The notes below the pieces were generated by a model that had not been told where the DNA came from, searched no databases, and was given only the letters and a program-made list of their open reading frames with translations. A stretch of 64,000 nucleotides of DNA from Bugula neritina. Taxonomy: Eukaryota; Animalia; Bryozoa. Position numbers and translations under genes: made by a program. Of this stretch, positions 55,601-64,000 are shown one piece after another (within the stretch, counting starts at the first letter, position 1; the number at the start of each line of letters is the position of its first letter). The stretch lies in NCBI GenBank assembly GCA_964035545.1, contig OZ037769.1, positions 9,950,633 to 10,014,632 of the forward strand, written 5' to 3'.

Positions 55601-58600
55601 TCGCCGATTTTTCAAAAATCCTAAAAAATCGCTAACAGTTTATCGGCCGATTTTCATGAAAAATCGGCCTGTGTACATGTAGCTTTAAGGACCCCACAAA
55701 ACTTCAACTCCAAAGCTCAAGAACCACAAACTACTGCACTTAGTCACTTCTAACTCCAAGCTGCTTATAGAACAGTTCAAATTATAAAGTCTCAAGACAG
55801 GCCAATTTTATCACAATGTCCCCAAAGCTAGATGACACCATACAAGTTAGATATAAGTTAGATAATAGTTTAATTACCCAAATAACATTGAATATGTATA
55901 ATTAAAATTTAGCATAAGCTGTGGTTCTGAAATGTCGGAATTAAAAGGAGAAAAATATTTAAATTGTTCTAAACTACTGCTATCTCTTTTGCTAATGTAC
56001 ATAAACAAGGATTTTTCATATGGCTGTGGAGTAGAAATGTGTATGATAAGCCTTACAACAATTAGGCAAGCACCAAGATGGCTAAACTCTTTTAAACAAA
56101 CAGATGAGTTATTTTTAGCAAACAAATCTGAGCTACTGGCAACTTTTCAAGACCTTTTGGGATGGTATGTGGAAAACTAACAGAGGTCTAGCATAATATT
56201 GGACAAAAAACTTGTATAATTAAAGAGGGTGCTATAATTAATATTTCATATTGACCAATAAACAGATAAAACAAACTATAATAGCTAACAAAACTCTGTT
56301 GCCCAGATCTAAACACTTGGGAATAATTCGCACTGATGCAGCCTTTTTGTGAACAGAGGCTTTTCAGCTTTATTATAAAGTGATTTATAGTAGGCTATTA
56401 TGATGAATAAATGCTTCAAATAGCTATACCTTATATGAAATAATAATTTACTTAATTGGTTGTTTTACGAAGTACAACGCATTGATTTTTAATATATAAT
56501 ATTAGAATTTAAATCAACTTAAACAGGAACCCTACACTGAAGCTAGGCTATTGAATTAATGACAATTTATATTTATTACATTCATTAAAATTCTGACAAT
56601 TTAAAGTGAATTGGTGCAAAATAAGATGCCATGGCCTTCCTTTTTACTTAAAGGAGGGCTTAAATGTTGACATTAGGCTGGAAACCCATTTATTATTTAA
56701 CTAAAGTGACATGGCGGTGTATATTAAGAAAACAAATTAGTGTGACATTCTTGTGTTTGGTTAGAATTGTGACCAATTTAAAAAGTTGAAGGGCCTAGCC
56801 TGTATATATTGTTTTAAAGACTTGAGGCAAGTGGCAACATCTATAGCCTAGCTAGGATCCTAACGGAGTATGTAATGTGTTATTATTCAAGGATTATCAA
56901 TGCCACTTGCTTTGACACCACATTGACACTTGCAAAATACCTGGCTGCCAAATATATTGCCACTGCTTGTTGGTGTTGCAAATGCAGTGTACACATATAA
57001 AGACACAAACTAGCACTACAGGGCTTGGCATATTAGAGGTTGTTTGGTGTGCTTAAGGACCAGGCACAATTGCTGGCTATACTTGCTACGGTCTCTTGAT
57101 TACATTTGCAGTTATTGTGTGCCTCAATGACACTTTTGCTGTTCTATTCAAGTATGCCAAGAAATGACACTTAGAAATGAAGGATAGTATATAGCTGCAC
57201 CACAACTGAGGGGAGAGCCAGTGGCTATTGCTGTGTGCAGACTTGATAGAAGGAGTAAACCTTCCTCCTGCAACTGAAGGCAAAGTGTTGGTACAGAACA
57301 TTCTTCTTGAACTTGACTACTAGTATGTATAAATATACTATATACACGGTGCTGTCAGCATATGTGCTAATATTAAGAGCTAGAGGAATGCTGCTACCTA
57401 CCAGTCTAGATATAGATGAGGAGTCAGGACTTTCTTCCACTTTCAAAAATGGTAAGTTTAGAGCACTTGATAATAAATAATATTGTTAGTGACAATTCCT
57501 TTCTCCAGGAATACCAGCATTAGACTATATTTGTCAATTTTGATAAAAATTATATTATTGCCAGATAACTTAACATATAGAAAATTGTACCCCTAATATT
57601 ATTGTTTAAAAATATAGTAATAGTAGCAAAATACTTTCTACTATTCATATGAAAACACAAATTCAAGCACCAAACATAGTCTGAGCATAATTATAACAAA
57701 TAAAATTGCATTTTAATGTTGATTTATTAAATTTAATAATTAGTATTTGCATTAGAATTTTATTGGAAGTTTAAATTTTCAATTTCCCTAAATATAATTT
57801 GATTGTACTATCGCATAATAAAACATTTTATGAGGGCAGAATTTTATGCTTATGTAAAGGGGGCAAAAGAGAAGTTAGTAATAGCAACATTAAAAATTGA
57901 TGCACCAACAGAGAAAGTTCTAGCTCTGCGATTTCATACAGCACCATATTGTAACAAGTGTTTATTGTAAAATAGTGAAAAACTAAAACGCTAACAAGTA
58001 TGTGTGCTAAAATACCCAATAGACTGTAGAGAAACAAAATATATATAATCAATTTAAGCTACATAGGAAAGATAATCAAACTAAATTTAGCTATAAATAA
58101 GGATGTATTTTCAACTTCGTGTTTTCAAAAAACATTTAAATTGCAGCACAGCTAGTTCAGGATGCACTTAGTTATGCAGCATAAAATAGATAGGTGTTAT
58201 TTTGCACATCCCTATCCATGCAGTTTATTTGACTCCTGATGATGTAGATAATAGGTACAATACCTGACAATTCATGCTATTAGTTTAGCCTTAGCTCAAG
58301 AATAAATGTTATTTAGGATGGGTATATGTATGCTACAAATGCAATGCAGCCCTTTAAAATTATACACAAACAAAACATTGGTCATTAAATATGACATTTC
58401 GTTTACTGCAAGTGTCACTAAAATTTCCCATAAAGCTGGGTAGGTGGAGAAGTAAGCCATTATCTTTAGCAGCAGCGAGTGAGACACTAAGTCTATGTAA
58501 GTGATAAATCACAATGTGTGCAATGTGTGGCACATGCCATACTGATATAACTACTCTTGTGACACGAATGCCACCACTATATGAAGGGGGGATAATATGT

Positions 58601-61600
58601 GACATCAACAATTATTGACACCAAACAAATAATAATGATAATAAATAAATAATTTAATGGTAATAGCTCTTGAATTTTACACGATTTATGTTATCATGTG
58701 CTGCTATATTCTCAGTTGTAAGGACAAACAATATTTACATTTGATGTAAGTTTGTATACTCTAATGTTGCAGGGGTACGACATGGCCATAACAATATGGC
58801 TAGACGAGGAAGACATAATGAAACCTCTCACCCTAACATTTTCTTGACTGTAAAAGATGAAAATGGCACGAGTTACCAAATAGAGAACCAGACAGCTGAT
58901 GATGTGAACCTGCACTTGACAATAGACTTGGCTAGGAGTAACAATTATTCAATAAGTTCAAATAATTCTCAAGTCAGCGAACATTTAAACAGTACTATTA
59001 CAAGAGAGCCAACTACTATGGAAAAAAAGAAAGAAAAGTCAGTCAAAACTGCAAATACCATGAGCTGTCCAGTAGGGTTTATTAAACACAAAGACTCCTG
59101 CTATCATATTATTGGATCTAGTGGAGTAACGTGGCCAATAGCCAACACATATTGTCAACTTCACGGCAGCAAACTTGTAGAAATTGAAACTGAGTCAGAA
59201 CAAAAGTTTATTGAAGACATGATTAGGGCTGCCAAAGGTAAATACACTCCTTTTAAATTCATGACATTTAATTGGAAAACATGTGAATAATAAACAAATA
59301 GAAATAAAACTGAATCAGCTTTAGAAAAAAAATATACCATCTATTTAAGTTGTTGAGTAAATGAGAATGAACGCTAAATTTTGCTGAAAATTCACCAGTA
59401 ACAAAATGTTCACAGATGTGTATAAACATTTTGCATTAAATTACCTCACTACTTTCAAGATACCATAACAGCTTGATATAATATACTATGTGTCAGATGA
59501 TGAACTTGTTTTTCCAATTTGAAGATGTTATGAAATGTTTAGAAAAAATTGTATTAAGGCAAATTTTCTTTACATCTATGCATAATTTATTACATTTAGA
59601 TGGCAGAGCCTATTGGATTGGAGCAACTAATAGACTTGGTAAAGGGAAATGGAAATGGGAATCCAGTTTAAAATCCCTCTCACCATTCAATATGTGGCAC
59701 ACAAATTGGAAAAATTGGGCAGAAGAAATTGAATCTCCAAGTTGCGCTCTTATCGACACCTATGACTCAAACCAATGGATGTTCTGGCCTTGCGACATGA
59801 ACTTTTATATGACTGGCAAGAACCATGATACTAAAACAGGAATTGGCTTTTTTTGTGAAAAAAATCTACCACAGCAGGCAAAAAAGGACAAAGGTGGAAA
59901 ATCTAAAAAACAACGTAAACAAAGACGCAAAGGCAAAAGAAATTGGCAGAGAAAGCTACAAAAGAAGAAAATAAAGTAGTAGCCTTTTAAACAGTTGTTC
60001 ACAGTGTGTCCCAGTAATACTGCATATTGAAATCATATTTTATGATGGTGACACTCTACTAGAGTAGACAGCTGGTAAACCATCAGCACCCACAGTCTAC
60101 GGTGACACATTCACTATTGAAAATACAAATATATAGAAACATAATATATTTTACTGGAATTAACATAATTAAAAAATGAATATACATATAATTGTTATGA
60201 ACTAAGAAAATATCTTTGACTACTTACATTTCAAAAAGTTTTTAAGCTATACTCAGTGTTAAATATGTAGGAAAATATGCTATTTTTATCTTTCCCAGTT
60301 GATCTTTTTGTTTTGTTAAGCATACAATTATTATTTTTGTATCAATTACTGCTATTTATTCATTCTGAAACACTGCTGATTTTATTTTTGTATCAATAAT
60401 AAAGTTGAAGGGTAAAGCTCCTTTTTAATGGCAGCTGAATATTTAGGTGAACTCTTAGAATGTGCTTTGTTAATGTTTATATTCTTAACATTACCATCCA
60501 TAAATTAATTTAAATAAAAATTTTTGTGTGTCTGTATCATTTGATTAATTAATTAATTGATATTATAGTTATCCCAACATAGTTGACTAGCATAACCAAG
60601 CTCTCAAATGTATAGTTTCAACCAATCAAATTTGGGTTTAACAGCTGATGCACTTTATCTATGATTGTCAGCTTTAATACTAATAATGTTATATAGGAAA
60701 TCCCAGTCAAATTAAAAATAATAAACAAAGAACTTTATAGAAAACCTAAATTTATGAGCTGTTGTCAACTAAAACTTTGGTATGCTGGCTCTGATATATT
60801 AAAATTACATAATTACTAACTGCCATGAGTAAAGGTATATGTGCTGATTTACATCATAAATTGAAAAAATCTTTCTAGACATAATCCACTCTAGTACATC
60901 ATGGTTGTCCAGCTAGTCTGTTGGTCCAACCTACTATACGCTGTAGCTTACAGGCAAAGGCAAATTTAAGTATAATCACAAATAGTTTTAAAGATCAGCA
61001 ACAGTTATATCAGTGGCATTGTTAGAAACTAAGTTTAGTAAAAAATAATTAAGTTAACTTCGTTAAATAGTCTCGTTCAATGCATTTTCAAAACTGCTCC
61101 AACCTAATTATTGGTACTTTATAATTTATTTGCCTACCATTTCAACACTACTAGCAATAAAAACATTTTTGAGATAGTCAAGTTTTCATAAGGTTTGTTT
61201 ATAATTTAAAGATTTTTAGTCAAAAATTCAATTTCTTAAGTTGCCTCGCTTTGTAAAAGCAACTCCTCAAAACCATTGTTTTGTCATTACATTGTTAGTA
61301 CAGTCATTCAGGAGATAATAAGTTATTTTATTTATGATAGTACATAATTATTACATTAAATAATATACTTAAAGGGCATTAAATAAAGATCCAGCAATAG
61401 ACCATGTAAAACTCAGCTAATCAGGCTGGCTAGTCAAGGTGGCAGAAAATGGCTTACCACTTAAGCGCCCTAATGCTAATCACTCAGTATTACATGCTGA
61501 TAATCACTCAGTATGAACTCTTACCAACAACATTTCAACCCGGTTACATTTGATAGACAGAAGCACAAATAATCTATCTTTATAAAGTCTGTTGCAGAAT

Positions 61601-63986
61601 CAGAAAACACCTTTAGATGCAGTTTTTTAGAAATGCGGTCAATAGAGACCAGCCATCAAAACGCACAAAGACCCTCAAGATCAGCAGGCACCTTACAAGA
61701 TCAGCAGGCACCTGACAAGATCAGCAGGCACTTGACAAGATCAGCAGGCACCTGACAAACCCAAAACAACTTTAACTGAGATTAGTAGGACATCATTTCA
61801 GCAAAATAGACATTGACCAAAGACACCCTTTATTCAAGAGAATCATTTATTCGCTGCAAGACATCCTCATACCAACGTCCTATATGCTGGAGACCAGAAA
61901 AGTGCTAAACTTAAAAGTGCCACTCTTCAAATTCAAAATTTTATGAATAGTTTAAGACTTCAAGGTTGAAGATTGTTAGCTAGAACATTATTCAAACATT
62001 ATTACCAAGTAAATAATCATATAATAAAAGTAAAATATAACAAAATACAATCAGCCAAAAATACCATAAAAACTCAATGCATATTATTGTGTAGACTTTA
62101 GTATTGATTGTGGTGTGTAGGAGGGGAATTTGTTTTCTATTTTTTAATTTTGCCCTACTTAATTTGTCAAGAAAATAGAGTTTTGAAATTACTATTTAAA
62201 TATTTAATACTTGTTTAAAATTAAACACCTGGCACATAAGCAATGAAAGTAACAACTCATTTTAGAAAGAAACCATTTAAAACTTCCTATAACTACTGGT
62301 TAATAGAGCACTTGACACATGTAGATGACTAGATGCTATGATCAACTGAATACAAGACTTGGACAGACTTCAATCCTGACAGATCTTAATTTTAAACTGA
62401 ATTCACATACTAGATGATGCTTAAACTCATAAAAATAATATGTTACAAAAGAAGTAAGATGGAAGTATAAATAAAGCTAATTGCTAACATTCTAATGGTA
62501 GTCACTATCGTAATAATTATTACCATTATCATCGTGATTATAATTATTTTTATTAAAAAAATTCCTATACTACCATACAATTGCAATAACTATGAGAACC
62601 AAGCAGTAATGGTACCACTATCAGTATAGACTAAAGTACAATAGTACTAACTGTATTGCAACTTCATCTACTACAGCTATGAGAATAGGTCAAACCACTG
62701 CTCCTGATAGGTTAGTCGACCAACTATTCTTATAATTGCAAAAATTAACTTGAATGAGTTTTGTTTCACATTGTGCTTAAAATAAATATGAATATATAAT
62801 GATAGCCATAAGTATATTGACAACTATATTAGCAAACCGATGTAAATCCTTCTTAATAAGTAGCTAAATATTAAAATATAACATTCACTCATAGATGATA
62901 ACATATTTCATCATTCCATAATTTCTAATTAAACATTGATACTAATATTCTCATGGTAAATTACAATCAACATGTTAATGTCACATTTTTCTATTGTTCA
63001 ACATGATTATTTGCAAAATCAAAGGCATATGTTTCAACAAAAGTGCAATGCTTATGATCAGGTATATGAGAAGTAATATAAACTATCAAACAGAGACTTT
63101 GAAAACTACAAATGTAAACCACATTGAAATGGCAGAATGAAAAAATAATAAAATTAGCAAATACAGTAATACAATATCAAATTATGGAATGTAAATACCT
63201 GTCTTCAATATATGTTTTTAATGTTACCATAAGTTATGAATAAACTTATTTTGATTGTTATAATTGAAGTGAAAAGTCTGACGTGCTACAGATCTAGCCA
63301 TGCTCATCTGTCTAATAATGCAGTATATATGTAAGCTTCAATTTCCAAATCAAACCGTTGGTTATAATGAAAACTGTCATTTTAATAAAAATAGGATGTG
63401 TTCTTTCAGCAACTCCTGATAGCAAGCTGTCTTTGATCCACAAAAAACCTACTTCTGCAATTTTATCTAAATATGACTAGCAAATAGCAATAGTGACATT
63501 TGTAAAATGAGTGAATTTTAAAATAGCAGGTGAATAAAAAGATTGAAGCCTACCAACGAGCGAGGACAACACTTTAGTTTTTTCTTCACCGCCTTCAGTT
63601 CATCAGTTAGTCTCTAAAAATGTAAAGCACAGTGTGTAGAGACCAAGTTCAGCAATCCTAGTAAGTAAATACAGTTTTACTGCTATTACCTCTAGGTTAT
63701 AAACTGTAATATCGATGACAAAATTATTGTTTCTAGGTAATAAGGGCGTAATTGTTTGGAAATATTTGCATTTAATGTAGCACGTAAGCCACTGCTAAAC
63801 AAAATCATATTTGCTAAAAAATTTTGGATATTAGCATAAGCATTATATCTATAACATGAAAATTAAAAAAATTGAATAAAGATAAAGTTTATTTACCAAA
63901 CGAAGTTTAGAAAATGCTGCCACCTGCGCTCTCTGCCAAAGAAGGGAGGGTGAATAACCTTCAGGGGCAGGAGAGAATTTCGGAAT
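49657..63986 (-). CDS. GEMIN2: Gem-associated protein 2 (Gemin2/SIP1, SMN complex), last six coding exons; 5' exons lie beyond the window end
   Basis: Minus-strand GT-AG, all phase-0 exons: 63986-63897 IPKFSPAPEGYSPSLLWQRAQVAAFSKLRL; 63613-63554 RLTDELKAVKKKLKCCPRSL; 52504-52310 PASSDIYGWYRLCFG...LPLVSVLAFIDQ; 51972-51904 ETLLLVLGYHISWFEAVGFTQLQ; 51608-51498 [37 protein letters not shown]; 49752-49657 DSAEDQLLPQLNLMICIVSRYFEQADMVDES*. These match recalled Gemin2 motifs PAPEGYSP..WQ, GRWLYALLACLEKPLLPE..LIRQLARRC and LNLLICLVSRYFDQ. Confidence 0.96.
49774..49910. repeat. 27-bp minisatellite, about 5 copies (Gemin2 last intron, acceptor side)
   Basis: atgtgacgtgtgcaatacaaaacatat units. Confidence 0.95.
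50476..51488. repeat. 27-bp minisatellite, about 37 copies (Gemin2 last intron, donor side)
   Basis: agtactaaacagagagtatacacatgt head-to-tail, no spacers. Confidence 0.99.
54423..55684. mobile_element. Non-autonomous PIF/Harbinger-type DNA transposon (1262 bp, TTA TSD)
   Basis: TIR AGCTACATGTACACAGG(T/C)CGATTTTT; TTA at 54420-54422 and 55685-55687; many sub-terminal AAATCG(G)C motifs; internal direct repeat of about 120 bp (about 54706-54830 vs 55150-55295); no transposase ORF. Confidence 0.9.
57325..59979 (+). CDS. Secreted C-type lectin-like domain protein with polybasic C-terminal tail, 3 exons, 323 aa, nested in a Gemin2 intron
   Basis: Exons 57325-57451 (MYKYTIYTVLSAYVLILRARG.., donor G|GTAAGT), 58773-59237, 59600-59979, both introns phase 1. 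CTLD signature CPVGF..HKDSCY..VTW..A..YC..HGSKLVEIETESEQKFI..YWIG..GKWKW..C..W..C..FFCEK. Exon 1 is less certain than exons 2-3. Confidence 0.9.
60398..60403 (+). terminator. Possible polyadenylation signal of the lectin gene
   Basis: AATAAA about 420 nt after the stop; another at about 60513. Confidence 0.35.
61676..61758. repeat. 20-bp tandem repeat x4
   Basis: caagatcagcaggcac(c/t)t(t/g)a. Confidence 0.95.
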
Positions 63987-64000
63987 CTGAAGTAAACACA

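Overview
AT-rich, intron-rich animal genomic DNA. EGFR features suggest an invertebrate bilaterian, possibly spiralian (inference). There are no prokaryotic features and no CRISPR. I reconstructed four genes by hand from splice sites and reading-frame phase. (1) A complete 23-exon EGFR/ErbB receptor tyrosine kinase on + (34882-49070, 1608 aa). (2) The 3' six exons of Gemin2/SIP1 on - (63986-49657), tail-to-tail with EGFR; most are missed by the ORF track. (3) A 3-exon secreted C-type-lectin-domain gene on + (57325-59979, 323 aa), nested antisense inside the 11-kb Gemin2 intron, lacking sugar/Ca2+ motifs and ending in a very basic tail. (4) A probable orphan gene on - (ATG at 8364, running off the window start) made of small exons and microexons. 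The rest is non-coding: a tRNA-derived SINE, an RTE LINE 3' end, a probable solo LTR, two young TTA-TSD (Harbinger-type) MITEs that appear nested in older elements, several old foldback MITEs, very long (CA)n tracts and two 27-bp minisatellites that fill the last Gemin2 intron. The best leads for something undescribed are the nested basic-tailed lectin, the orphan microexon gene, and splicing/ectodomain oddities of EGFR and Gemin2. All are hypotheses needing RNA-seq and homology searches.
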